Assembly (NCBI GenBank): GCA_963798845.1
Contig: CAWCUS010000006.1
Span: forward strand, 1,152,001-1,216,000
Origin: an uncultured Gemmatimonadales bacterium
GTDB taxonomy: Bacteria; Gemmatimonadota; Gemmatimonadetes; Longimicrobiales; RSA9
DNA: 64,000 nucleotides
Direction: 5' to 3'
Within the stretch, counting starts at the first letter, position 1; each line of letters opens with the position of its first letter. The translations under genes were made by a program, and so were the position numbers. The notes under the pieces were generated by a model that worked only from the letters and a program-made list of their open reading frames with translations, had not been told where the DNA came from and did no database searches. This document shows positions 38,473-49,826 of the stretch, piece after piece.

Positions 38473-39944
38473 GCCGAGCCCTCCTTCCGTCCGGCGAGGC
38501 GGAGCGGCCGGCGCAGGAGGCGGATCGGCCGCATGACGAGCGTGCGCAGCGATTGCAGCAGGTCGTCCCAGCCGCCGCCCCGGGTGGTGGCCGCCTCCTT
38601 CCCGATCTGCATCAGCCCCCACACCGCCACCAGCAGGAAGAGGATGTTGGGCGCCCACATGGCCGCCCACGGCGAGATCGCGGCGTCGTCGGCCAGGCTC
38701 TCCCCGCCGATCAGGCCGGCGTAGTAGACGGCGAAGATGGCGATGGAGACGGCGATCACCAGCCCCACGCCGCCGCGGGGGAAGCGCACGGCAATGGGTG
38801 CGCCGAGCAGCACGAACACGATGACGGCCCAGGAGATGGCGAACTTCTTGTGGTACTCCACCATGTAGCTGTCCGCCAGGCGAACCAGCTGCTGCGCCCG
38901 CGCATTCAGGGAGGAGACTTCCACGAACGTGCGCCGGACGTACTCGTCGAAGACCGTGTCACCGGAGGCGGTGACCGGCATCCGCTCCTGCCATGCAGCC
39001 AGGCGACGCCCCGGCCGATCCCTTCCCAGCTCGTTCTCGGACGGCCCGTCCAGGATCCGGTTCACCACGCTCGTGGACAGCTGCGCCAGCTGGGTCTTCA
39101 GCGTGTCCCGCTTCAGCTCCGATTCCACGGCGCGGTGCCGCAGCATCGCGAGCGACATCTCGCGGTCCGAGCGCGAGGCGCTCGAGTCGGAGCGCGTCAG
39201 CTCGTTGCCCACGCCCCGGATCTGGATCCGGTACTGGTCGAAGAAACTGCGGACGAAGCGCTCCGGGGTGTCGTTGTCGAGCTGGTTGATCCAGCCGTCG
39301 TAGAGCGTGAGGAAGAGGTCCGTCTGATCGCCGTTGATCGCCATCTGCCCGCTGTCCGCGTAGACGCTCCGCTCGCGGCGAGGCTCGCTGAAGTCGTAGA
39401 TCACCACGTCCTTCAGCCGGTTCGTGGCCGGCGTGATCTCCGCCGCCTGGAGGTAGTACTTCGGCCGCGCGCTCCCGCTGGTCCTGATCGGATTGATGGT
39501 CTGCTCCTTCAGCGAGAGCGTCGGCGTCTTCCGCTGGATGTCGAGCAGCAGGATCTTCAGCTGATGGTTCGTCTCCGGGAGCAGGTAGTCGTTGAACCAC
39601 ATCATCCCGCCGCCGAACAGCACGGCCACGACCAGGAGCGGCACCAGCGTCCGGTTCAGGTTCACGCCGCTCGCCTTCAGCGCCGTGATCTCGTTGTCCG
39701 CCGCCAGCGCGCTGAAGGCGTAGAGCGTCGCCACGAGCACCGCCATGGGCAGCGTGAGGGCGAGGATGTGCGGCAGCGAGAGGACGAAGACCTCCGCCAT
39801 GACCGACCACGGCAGGCCCTTCCCGGCCAGCGCTTCCAGCCGCCGCGCCACCGTGTTGATCATGAGGATCCCGGTGAGCACGCTCAGCGAAAAGACGAAC
39901 GGACCCACGTGGGTCTTCAGTATGTATCGTGTCAGGATCCGCAT
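38469..39944 (-). CDS. lptF: LPS export ABC permease, LptF-like
   Basis: MRILTRYILK, LPMAVL, DNEITALKASGV, VEYHKKFAI, AMWAPNI. Confidence 0.85.
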   Translation of the reverse strand: MRILTRYILKTHVGPFVFSLSVLTGILMINTVARRLEALAGKGLPWSVMAEVFVLSLPHILALTLPMAVLVATLYAFSALAADNEITALKASGVNLNRTLVPLLVVAVLFGGGMMWFNDYLLPETNHQLKILLLDIQRKTPTLSLKEQTINPIRTSGSARPKYYLQAAEITPATNRLKDVVIYDFSEPRRERSVYADSGQMAINGDQTDLFLTLYDGWINQLDNDTPERFVRSFFDQYRIQIRGVGNELTRSDSSASRSDREMSLAMLRHRAVESELKRDTLKTQLAQLSTSVVNRILDGPSENELGRDRPGRRLAAWQERMPVTASGDTVFDEYVRRTFVEVSSLNARAQQLVRLADSYMVEYHKKFAISWAVIVFVLLGAPIAVRFPRGGVGLVIAVSIAIFAVYYAGLIGGESLADDAAISPWAAMWAPNILFLLVAVWGLMQIGKEAATTRGGGWDDLLQSLRTLVMRPIRLLRRPLRLAGRKEGSA

Positions 39945-40075
39945 GCCCGGCTCGTTGTCCCGCGGTCGCGTAAATGGCTATAGTATCGAACGGTTCCACC
40001 CCCTACAACAGCACCGTCCAAGGCGGGACCGTGCCTTCCGCGGGAGCAGCGGGCGCACATAGAACCAGGCATCCG

Positions 40076-43000
40076 GTGAAGAAGTTCCTGCCCCTCATCG
40101 TGCTCCTCGCCGTGGGCCGAGCCCACGCGCAGGTGCCCGTGCGTCCGCGATCCGGCCTCGTGCTCACGCCCGCCGAGCTCCTCGCCCCCGCCACGACCGG
40201 CGGGCTCCGCCTCGGGCTGGCCCCGCTACCGGCCGATCTCCGGCATCGTCTGCGCCTCCCGGGCGCCGGGCCGGGGTCACTGCGCTCCGCGTGGTACCCG
40301 GCTCCGCCCGTTCCGGTCGCGCCGGTGCCGACACCGCGCCGGCTTCCGGCAGTGCCGCCGTCGGTCCGGGTGGCCGGCGCCGCGCCGGAGTCCGCGGGCC
40401 CAGGCGCGGCGCCCGCGCCCGGGGACACCTCGGGCGGCGGGCGGTTCAGCGAGAGCCAGGTCGCACGGGCGGTGCAGGACGCGGCGGACCTGCAGCTGCG
40501 GGTGGAGGGTCGGGGCGACCTGGGCGGCGTGTGGAACGAGTACCGTCCATGCGAGCCGGGGTTGCGGCTCAACTGCAGCCCGGGCCTGCTCCCGCAGCTG
40601 CGCCCCGATGTGCAGTTCGGCGTGCAGGTGGGCGGCACGATCACGGACCGGATCCACGTCGACGTGGACTACGACCAGCGCCGCGAGTTCGACGCCGCGA
40701 ACAACATCAGCGTCTACTACCAGGGGGAGCCGGGCGAGCTGCTGCAGCGCGTGGAGATGGGCGACGTGTCGATCGACCTGCCGGCGTCGCGCTACCTGAC
40801 GCAGGGGATCCCGGCCGGCAACTTCGGCTTCAAGGCGGCGGCGCAGGTGGGGCCCGCGAAGGTGGAGGCGCTGTGGGCTCAGCAGAAGGGCGACGTCGCC
40901 ACGCGCGAGTTCCGGCTCGGCGGCGACGGCGCGGAAGGGCTGGTGCAGGAGCAGGAGCTGGTGCTCGACGACGCCGACTACGTCACCGGGCAGTTCTTCT
41001 TCCTCGTCGACCCGTCCACCCTGGCGGGCGCCCCGAACGTGGACGTGCTCGCGCTGCGGGCGGCGGATGCGCCGGCGTCGGTGCGTCCGGCGCGCGGGCG
41101 GCTCGCCGTGTACCGGGATGAGGGCGCGAGCTTCGCCCAGTACGCGGACCAGGCGAAGACGGGGAAGTTCCTGGCGGACGCCGTGTCCGCGGATGGCACG
41201 CTGCGCCACAGCGGCCTGTTCACGCTGCTCGAGCCGGGGAAGGACTACTACGTCCATTCGAGCGGGCTGTGGATCGCACTGCGCGCGCCGCTGCGCGACG
41301 ACGAATCGCTGGCCGTGGTGTACGTGACGGATTCCGGCCAGCCGGTGGGCGACCCGTCTCCGGAAACCTCGCCGCCGGGGGAGACGCCGGACCTGCGGCT
41401 CATCCGCGGGCCGGTCACGGTGCACCAGCCGGGGCAGCCCACGTGGGCGTACGAGAATGCACCAGGTCTACAGGCTGGACAGCTCGGCGGAAGTGGAGAC
41501 GTCGTCGCTGGCGCTGACGATCTCGCTCGGACACCTGGCGGGCGGCGTCACGTTCAAGCGCCGCGGCGAGGACCGCATCCCCTTCCTGCGGCTGTTCGGC
41601 CTGGACGACGATGCCCCGGCCGACGTCCTCGACCTGGCCCACCTCTTCCGGCCGGGCTCGGAGCTGGAGACGGTGGGCGAGGCTGCGCTCCGGGGCACGT
41701 TCGTCGTGTTCCCCACGCTGGAGCCGTTCGCTCGCCCGCCGCCCGTGCCGTCGGAAGGGCTGAGCGCGGCCGAGGCGGCGGCGGTCCTGGGCGACGACGC
41801 GAACCCCGCGATCTACGACCAGCCGGACCCGGTGGTGCGGCGAGGCAGCAGCCGGTTCCGGCTGAACTTCCGCTACCGGGTCGAGCTCGAGGGGCTGTTG
41901 AGCAGCTTCAATCTCGGCGCGTTCGGGATCCGGCAGGGGAGCGAGCGGATCACGGTGGACGACCGTCTCCTCGTGCGCGGGCAGGACTACGTCATCGACT
42001 ACGACCTGGGGCTGGTCACGCTGCTCGACCCGGGCGCCACGCTGGGCGGCAATCCGGACGCGGTCATCCTGGCCAGCTGGGAGCAGAAGGCGCTCTTCGA
42101 CGTGGCGCCCACCAGCGTGTTCGGGCTGAACGCCAGCTCCCCGCTCGGCCGGTACGGGGAGCTCAACGTCGTGGGGCTGTACCAGGCCGAGCAGGCCATC
42201 GTCGCGCGCCCCCAGCTGGGGACCGCGCCCGGCGCCGTCCTGCTCGGCGGCGCGAGCGGACGAATGGCGTTCCAGGCCGACTGGCTCGCCCGGGCGCTCG
42301 CGGCCGTCCCGGGCCTGGACGCCGACTCGACCGCCCGCCTGGACGTCTCGGGGGAGCTGGCGCTCTCCTCCCCCGACCCGAACCGGGAGGGCGCGACGTA
42401 CCTGGACGATTTCGAGTCGACCGACGAGATCCCGCTCTCCCTCGATGCCACGCAGTGGAAGCTGGGGAGCGCGCCCCAGGACGCCACGGCGGTCCCGGAG
42501 CTGCCGTGGCCACCCACGGTGGCGAACGCCGCGTCCCTCGTGTGGCAGGACCGCTACCTGGCCGACGACCGGGAAGTGGGGTTCCTCACGCCCGACCGCA
42601 TCGACGAGAAGATCGCGCTGGCTGGCGCACGACTCTCGGAGCCGGTGCTGCACCTCACGATGCGCAGCAGTCCCACGACCACGGCCCCGCTCCCGCACTG
42701 GCGCTCCATCACCACCGTTCTGAGCATCACCGGCCGCGACCTCTCCCGCTCGGAATACCTGGAGTTCTACGCGGCGCCGTACACCGCCAGCATGGGCAAT
42801 GCGGTGCTGGTCGTGGACCTGGGGACGGTGGGCGAGGACGCGTTCTACTTCGACAGCGCGGGCGTCCGCCAGGGGACCGGCACGTTCGGGCGGCCGTGGG
42901 GGCAGGGGGTGCTGGACGAGGAGGCGTCGCTGGCGCTCCGGGACGTGTGGGGCCCGGACGACGACCGCCTCGGCCTGTGGAACCAGTCGTGCGAGGCCGA

Positions 43001-46000
43001 GCGGCTGAAGCCGGTCCCGCTCGGCGATCCGCGCGCCAACTGCACGGTGAACAACGGCCGGCCCGACACCGAGGACCTCAACGGGAACGGCGTGCTGGAC
43101 GCCAGCGACGGGCCCCTGTTCCGCTACGTCATACGGCTCGGGAAGGCATCGCCGTACCTGGTCCGCGACGAGTCGGCCACGGGAACCCAGTTCCGCCTTT
43201 ACCGCATCCCGCTGCGCGGCGGGAACGGCTCGGCGCTGAACGGCGCGAGCGAAGCCACGTGGCGCTTCATCCAGCAGATGCGAATCACGGTGGTGAAGAG
43301 CTCGGGCGGCGTCGGCACGCTCGCCCTCGCCCGCCTGCGCATCGCCGGTTCACGCTGGACCAAGCGCGACATCCAGGGGATCCTGGCCGGGCTGGTGGAC
43401 GACGCGACCGGCAGCGGCGCGGCGACCACGGAGTTCCGGGTCGGGTCGGTGAGCCGGCTGACGGACGGGGCGGCGTACGCGTCGCCGCCGGGAGTGGAGG
43501 ACCAGCTGCAGGACCCGAAGTCGGTGCTGGGCGCGAACGGTGTGGAGTACAACGAGAAGTCGCTGCGCCTCAGCTGGGACGGGCTGCCGGCGGGTGAGCG
43601 CGCGGAAGTGTACTACCGTTACCCTCAGCAGCCGCGCAGCTTCCTCGACTATCGCAAGCTTCGATTCTGGGCCGTGCCGCGCTCCGGGCACTGGGGTTCG
43701 GAAGGCGACGACCGGCTGCTGGTGAAGCTCGGCACCGACTCCCGCAACTACTACCTGTACCAGACGCGGCTGCGACCCGTGGCCGTGGGCGGCGGCGTCG
43801 CGCCGGGCGACTGGCTCCCCGAGCACGTGGTGGACTTCGCCGAATGGTTCGACCTGAAGGCGGAAGCGGAGCGGCGGCTGGCGGAGGAGGGCGGGCCGCT
43901 CACGGTGTGGAGCGAGGACAGCACGTACGCCGTGGTCCTCGAGGACCGGGCGCGGGCGCCGAACCTGGCTGCGGTGAGGGAGCTGACGTTCGCCGTGTAC
44001 AACGGCGGCGACGTGGCCTCGGACGGTGAGGTGTGGCTGGACGACCTGCGCCTGGACGCGGCGGCGAGGGCCACGGGGATGGCGGGCCGGCTGGACGTGG
44101 GGCTGGAGGCGGGCGGCTTCCTGTCGGCGGCGCTGTCGTACGGCGGGCGGGGGGGCCGCTTCCGCCAGCTGGACGACGTCGCCCCGTACGAGACCAGCGG
44201 CGACCTGCGCCTCTCCGCGAGCGCGGAGCTGGGTCGCTTCGCCCCCGCCGCGTGGGGGGTGTCCATGCCCGTGACCGTGACGTACGACCGCATGAGCCTC
44301 TCCCCCATCTTCCTCCAGGGGACCGACGTGCGCGCCGACCGCCTGCCGGGGCTGCGCGACACGGGGACTTCCCACCAGCGCGTGGGGATCGCGCTGCGCA
44401 AGACCACGCCGTCCGGGAACCCGCTCCTGTCGGCGGTGATGGATGGGACATCGCTCCGGCTGGGCTACAGCCGCCTGCGGGAGAACACCGTCACCACCCA
44501 GGCCCGGCTCGACGCCGTGGACGGCGGCGTGGACGTGGACCGGGCGGTGGCGCCGGTCGAGCTGGACATCGTCCCCTCCATCCTCGAGCGCGCGCTGCGC
44601 TGGCTCGCCCCGCGCGCCGTGGAGCGGAGCGAGTTCTTCCGCAGGCTGTCGGACGCCCACCTCCGCCTCACGCCCGAGCGCATCGGGCTGTCCGGCTCGT
44701 TCACCGGGGAGAACGCGTCCGTCCGCCGCTTCGACCAGGTGCTGGAGACCCCCGGCGACGCCGACGTGGAGCCGCTCCTCTCCCCCCGCCGCACGCTGGA
44801 GGGCGGCGCGCGCGTGGCGTTCCGGCCGCTGGAGTCGCTGTCCGGCCACATCGGCGTGACGTCGGGGCGCGACATCCTCGACCCGACGCGGGCGACGCCC
44901 GTGGCCGCGCAGCAGGAGGCGCTCCGGCGCGCGCGCACCGACCTGGGCGGCTTCTCCCTGGGGTGGGAGCGCGACCGGCTGGTGACCTCCGACCTGGCCT
45001 GGCGCCCCGTCATCGCCGACTGGCTCCGCCCCGGCGTCACGTGGACGAGCCAGTTCGCGCAGCGCCGCGAGCCGTCCCAGATCGAGCGGGTGGACGGCCC
45101 GGACGGGAGCGTGGCGGAGCTCCAGCGCACGTTCAACACCGACCGCCGCCTCAGCCGCACGCTCGCGGTCGACCCCGCCGGGGCCCTGGGCGCCCTGCTC
45201 GGCGGAGGCGGAGCGGCGGCCGGGGCGCCCGACTCCGCCGCCGGCGCGCCGGCGCACGGCCGCGTCGCCCGGCTGCTCCTGTCCGCGGCTTCCGTGCTCC
45301 AGCCGGTGGACCTGGCGTGGACGGACGAGGTCGGCTCGCGCTTCGACCGGGGGCTGGCCGCCCCCGGCTGGGGGTACCAGGTGGGGCTGCGCGCGCTCGA
45401 CGGCGTGCGGTTCCTCGGCCAGGACACCGCCGCGACCGCGCTCGTGAGCGACGGGTTCCGGGCGCGCTCCGGGCTGCGGCTGACCCGCGCCGCCACCGTC
45501 AACGTGGGGTACAGCCGGACCATCGCCCGCGTCTACGACGTACGGGTGGGGCCGCGGGACCAGCTCGAGCGAGCGTGGCCGGACGTCCAGCTGAGCCTGC
45601 GCGAGCTGCCGGTGCCGGCGCAGCTCGGGGCGCTGCTGGACGGATGGTCGTTCTCCACGGGGTACGCCCACACCGTGCGGGAGCTCCGCCTCCTCGGCGC
45701 CGTGACGCGCGTCAACCGGATGGGCGAGCGGACCATCCCCGTGGAAGTGCGCCTGTCGTTCGCGGGTGGGCTGTCCCTGGCCTACATTGCCTCGCGCACG
45801 CGCGGGAACGGCGTCGACCCGGCCGGCACCACGACCGAGCACGCGCAGACCCACTCGGTGGACCTGAGCGGCCGCTTCACGCCCCCGCTCATCCTGTCGG
45901 CGCGCGGTCTCACGGAGCCGATGCGGCTCTCGCTCGGGTACGACTACCAGGGCCAGCGCGAGTGCCGGACGGAGGGCAACCGCGTGGCCGCCGAGTGTAC

Positions 46001-46184
46001 CGATTTCGTGGACTACCTCAACCGGCGGCTGAACGTGTCGCTGTCCACGCTCGTGCGACAGCTCGAGGTGGGGCTCCAGGGGAGCTACGTGGACCGCCGC
46101 AGCTTCATCGGGACCATGGCGGGCTCGAGCCAGTTCCAGCTGGGGTTGTTCGGGCAGTTCAGCCTCCAGGCGGGCGTGCTGTAG
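40076..46184 (+). CDS. sprA: SprA-like very large outer-membrane protein (T9SS translocon family), one apparent frameshift
   Basis: Signal peptide ending AHA|Q; DYDQRREFDAANNISVYYQG...QRVEMGDVS, GQDYVIDYDLG, YLDDFE, DTEDLNGNG, YNEKSL, GEVWLDDLR resemble SprA motifs; extra A at 41456-57 joins the two ORFs to about 2035 aa. Confidence 0.78.
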
Positions 46185-46199
46185 CGGCCGGGACGGGCG

Positions 46200-46260
46200 C
46201 GGGGCGCCGCTTCGCCGGCGACTTCGGGCTTCGCCGGGGCTTCGGGCTTCGCCGGCGACA
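46200..46260. repeat. Short CTTCG-rich repeat cluster after sprA
   Basis: GCTTCGCCGG three times and CTTCGGG twice within about 60 bp. Confidence 0.55.
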
Positions 46261-46305
46261 CCTTGACGGGAGGGAACGTTGAACGGATCCGGGGGTGGGG
46301 GACAA

Positions 46306-47259
46306 ATGGCTTGGCAGGCGCTCGCGCTCGCTGCGCTCGCGCTCGCGGGCGGATGCTCGGATGGCAGGGGGGCGGAACAGGACGTGGGCTCGTCGGAGCG
46401 GATCACGACGGAGAAGCGGGTGGCGCCGGCGTTCGATCGGGACTCGGCCATGACGCTGCTGCGTCGCCAGGTGGAGTTCGGGCCGCGGGTGCCGGGGACG
46501 GAGGGACACGAGCGGCAGCTGGCGTGGATGGAGGCGTTCCTGCGCGAGCGTGCGGACACGGTCGTGGCGCAGGCGTTCACGCACGCCGGGCCGTCCGGTG
46601 AAACGCTCCACCTCACCAACGTGTTCGCGCGATTCCGCCCTGACGAGCCGACGCGCGTGCTGCTCCTGACGCACTGGGACACGCGTCCCACGGCCGACAA
46701 CGCCGAGGACCCGGCGGACCGCGACAGGCCGATCCCGGGCGCCAACGACGGCGCCAGCGGGACGGCCGTCCTGATGGAGCTTGCGAACGTCCTTTCCAGC
46801 CATTCGCCCCCGATCGGCGTGGACCTACTCTTCGTGGACGGAGAGGACTATGCGCCGGACTACATGTACCTGGGGGCCGAGTACTTCGCCGCGCACCTGG
46901 CGCCCGGCTACGAGCCGCTCTACGGCGTGCTGGTGGACATGGTGGGGGACCAGAACCCCCTCTATCCGCCCGAGCAGTACTCGCAGCAGTACGCGCCGGA
47001 AGTGGTGGACCGGGTCTGGCGGATGGCGGAGCGCCTGGGCTTCGGCGCCTACTTCCCCGGCACCCCGGGGATGGCCATCGGCGACGACCACCTCAAGCTC
47101 ATCGAGGCCGGGATCCACACGATCGACATCATCGACTTCGAGTACGGCCCCGGGAACGTGTACTGGCACACGCTCCAGGACGACCTCGATCACGTCGCGC
47201 CCACGGGGCTGGGCGTGGTCGGCACCACGCTCGCCGAGCTCATCTACCGCGGCGGGTAG
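46306..47259 (+). CDS. M28 family zinc enzyme, glutaminyl-cyclase-like lipoprotein
   Basis: Lipobox AGGC; QVEFGPRVPGT, HWDTRP.AD, GANDGASG, DGEDY, DMVG, DDH, WHTLQD. Confidence 0.82.
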   Translation: MAWQALALAALALAGGCSDGRGAEQDVGSSERITTEKRVAPAFDRDSAMTLLRRQVEFGPRVPGTEGHERQLAWMEAFLRERADTVVAQAFTHAGPSGETLHLTNVFARFRPDEPTRVLLLTHWDTRPTADNAEDPADRDRPIPGANDGASGTAVLMELANVLSSHSPPIGVDLLFVDGEDYAPDYMYLGAEYFAAHLAPGYEPLYGVLVDMVGDQNPLYPPEQYSQQYAPEVVDRVWRMAERLGFGAYFPGTPGMAIGDDHLKLIEAGIHTIDIIDFEYGPGNVYWHTLQDDLDHVAPTGLGVVGTTLAELIYRGG

Positions 47260-47313
47260 GCCGCGCCGCGCCTCCCGCGGCCGCGCCCTCCGCGCGCAGG
47301 CGGGGACGGCGCC

Positions 47314-47979
47314 GTGAAGCTGACCCGCGACGAGGAGCGGGCCATGGCGTTCGTCGCCGCGCTCCTCTTCCTCTCCGCCGCGGTCCGCCTGGCGACGCTC
47401 CCCGATGCCGTCCCCGCGCCGCCCAACGCCCTGGACCTCGCAGCGCACCTGGCCGCCAGCGAGGCCGCGCTCGACAGCGCGCGCGAGGCGGACCGGCCGC
47501 TCGGCCCCGGCGAGCGCCTCGACCTCAACCGCGCTTCCGCTTCCGATTTCACCCGCCTCCCCCGCGTCGGCGACGCCCTCGCCCGCCGCATGGTCGAGAA
47601 CCGCGAGCGCGACGGTCCGTTCCGGTCCGTGGACGACCTCGCCCGCGTGAGCGGCGTCGGCCCGGCCACCGTGGCCCGCCTCGCCCCGCACCTGGAAGTG
47701 ACGGGAGTGCCGCGAGCGGCGGTCGCACCGCGCGGGGCGGCGGCGGCGCGCAGGATCCCGGGCCCGGACGAGGTGGCGCGACCGGACCGCGTCGACATCA
47801 ACACCGCCAGCGCCGAGGATCTCGCCGCGCTCCCCGGCATCGGACCGGCGATCGCCGCCCGGATCGTGGCGCACCGCGACTCCGCGGGACCGTGGCCGGC
47901 GGTGGATTCGCTTCTGGCGGTGAAGGGGATCGGGCCCGCGACGCTGGCGCGGCTCCGGCGTCGCCTGCGGGTGAACTGA
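47314..47979 (+). CDS. comEA: ComEA-family DNA-binding protein with two HhH modules
   Basis: LDLNRAS...LPRVG...GPFRSVDDLARVSGVGP and VDINTAS...LPGIGP...VKGIGP; N-terminal TM helix. Confidence 0.85.
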   Translation: MKLTRDEERAMAFVAALLFLSAAVRLATLPDAVPAPPNALDLAAHLAASEAALDSAREADRPLGPGERLDLNRASASDFTRLPRVGDALARRMVENRERDGPFRSVDDLARVSGVGPATVARLAPHLEVTGVPRAAVAPRGAAAARRIPGPDEVARPDRVDINTASAEDLAALPGIGPAIAARIVAHRDSAGPWPAVDSLLAVKGIGPATLARLRRRLRVN

Positions 47980-48021
47980 CCGGCGGGAGCGGGAAAGTGG
48001 AAATGCGCGGATGACAAAGGC

Positions 48022-48051
48022 TTGACCCGCCGGGGCATGAGGATCTAGCTT
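48022..48051 (+). promoter_or_regulatory. Possible sigma-70 promoter of pilBTC
   Basis: TTGACC, 18 bp, TAGCTT, about 60 bp upstream of pilB. Confidence 0.4.
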
Positions 48052-48110
48052 TACTGACCTCCCCAGGGCCTTCGGCCATCCACGCACGCATCACAACTCG
48101 AAATCGCGCC

Positions 48111-49826
48111 ATGGCGACGCAGACGAGCACAGCTGACCGGCTGGGCACCATTCTGCTCAGGGAAGGGCTCATCTCCCAGGACCAGCTGGAAGGCGGGCTC
48201 CAGGATTCGCGCACCAACGGGACGCGCCTGGGCTTCTCCCTGATCAAGCTGGGGTTCCTCGAGGAGGAGGCGCTGGCGCGCATGCTCAGCCGCCAGTACC
48301 GGGTGCCGGCCGTGGACATGAACAAGGTCCAGGTCGATGCCCGGATCCTGAAGCTGGTTCCGGCGGACATCGCCCACAAGCACCTCGTCCTCCCGCTCCG
48401 CCGCGCGGGGCGCACGCTGACCGTGGCCATGGCCAACCCCGCCGACCCGGGGACGCTGGACCAGCTGCGCTTCGTCACCCGCCACGACATCGAGCCGGTG
48501 GTGGCGGGCGAGTTCACGCTCAAGCGCCACATCGACACCTACTACGGCAAGCAGGAGGATGACGCGCTGGCGGAGATCCTCGGCGAGATCGACGACGAGG
48601 GCGTCGAGGTCATCGACGAGACGGAAGACGAGGTCAGCGAGGCCGCGCTCAAGGCGCAGGTGGAGGACGCCCCGGTCGTCAAGCTGATCAACGGCATCCT
48701 CACCGACGCGGTGCTCAAGGGCGTGAGCGACGTCCACATCGAGCCGTACGAGAAGGAGATCCGGATCCGATACCGGATCGACGGCGCGCTCCGCGAGATC
48801 ATGAAGCCGCCCATGCGCATGAAGGCGGCGCTCACCTCCCGCGTGAAGATCCTGGCCGACCTGAACATCGCCGAGCGCCGTATCCCGCAGGACGGACGGA
48901 TCAAGCTGAAGGTGAAGAACAAGGTGGTGGATTTCCGCGTGTCCACGCTGCCCGTGATCTTCGGCGAGAAGATCGTGCTGCGCATCCTGGACAAGGGGAA
49001 CCTCACCCTGGACCTGGAGAAGTTCGGCTTCGAGCCGAAGGCCGAGAAGGAGTTCATGCACGCCATCATGCAGCCGTACGGCATGGTGCTCGTGACCGGC
49101 CCCACCGGCTCCGGGAAGACCACGACGCTCTACTCCGCCCTGTCCAAGGTCAACGACGAGCAGGTCAACATCATGACCGCGGAGGACCCGGTGGAGTACA
49201 ACCTCCACGGGATCAACCAGGTTCAGGTCCGCAACGAGATCGGGATGACGTTCGCCGCGGCGCTGAGGGCGTTCCTGCGCCAGGACCCGAACATCATCAT
49301 GGTGGGTGAGATCCGCGACATCGAGACGGGCGGCATCGCCATCAAGGCCGCCCTCACCGGCCACCTCGTGCTTTCCACGCTGCACACGAACGACGCCCCG
49401 TCCACCATCACCCGCATGATCGACATGGGGCTCGAGCCGTTCAACGTGGCCGCCGCCTTCAACGTCATCACCGCCCAGCGCCTGGTGCGTCGGATCTGCG
49501 TGAACTGCAAGGCGGAGACGCACTACAGCGACGAGTACCTGGCGGCCGCGCGCGTCCCTTACGACCAGCGGGGCATGACCTTCTACAAGGGCGAGGGGTG
49601 CGACGCGTGCGCCGGCACCGGCTACAAGGGACGGCAGGGACTGTACGAGGTCATGGCCGCCACGGCCGAGCTGCGCAAGCTCATCATGCAGAGCGCCAGC
49701 GTGGACGAGCTCCGCCAGCAGGCGCTCGATGACGGCATGCTCACGCTCCGCATGGACGGCATGCGAAAGGTGGAGCGCGGGATCACCACGCTCGAGGAAG
49801 TCATCAAGGAGACATCCGGTCAATGA
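48111..49826 (+). CDS. pilB: Type IV-A pilus assembly ATPase
   Basis: SDVHIEP, ERRIPQDGR, GPTGSGKTTTLY, LRQDPNIIMVGEIRD, CxxC zinc pairs. Confidence 0.95.
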   Translation: MATQTSTADRLGTILLREGLISQDQLEGGLQDSRTNGTRLGFSLIKLGFLEEEALARMLSRQYRVPAVDMNKVQVDARILKLVPADIAHKHLVLPLRRAGRTLTVAMANPADPGTLDQLRFVTRHDIEPVVAGEFTLKRHIDTYYGKQEDDALAEILGEIDDEGVEVIDETEDEVSEAALKAQVEDAPVVKLINGILTDAVLKGVSDVHIEPYEKEIRIRYRIDGALREIMKPPMRMKAALTSRVKILADLNIAERRIPQDGRIKLKVKNKVVDFRVSTLPVIFGEKIVLRILDKGNLTLDLEKFGFEPKAEKEFMHAIMQPYGMVLVTGPTGSGKTTTLYSALSKVNDEQVNIMTAEDPVEYNLHGINQVQVRNEIGMTFAAALRAFLRQDPNIIMVGEIRDIETGGIAIKAALTGHLVLSTLHTNDAPSTITRMIDMGLEPFNVAAAFNVITAQRLVRRICVNCKAETHYSDEYLAAARVPYDQRGMTFYKGEGCDACAGTGYKGRQGLYEVMAATAELRKLIMQSASVDELRQQALDDGMLTLRMDGMRKVERGITTLEEVIKETSGQ

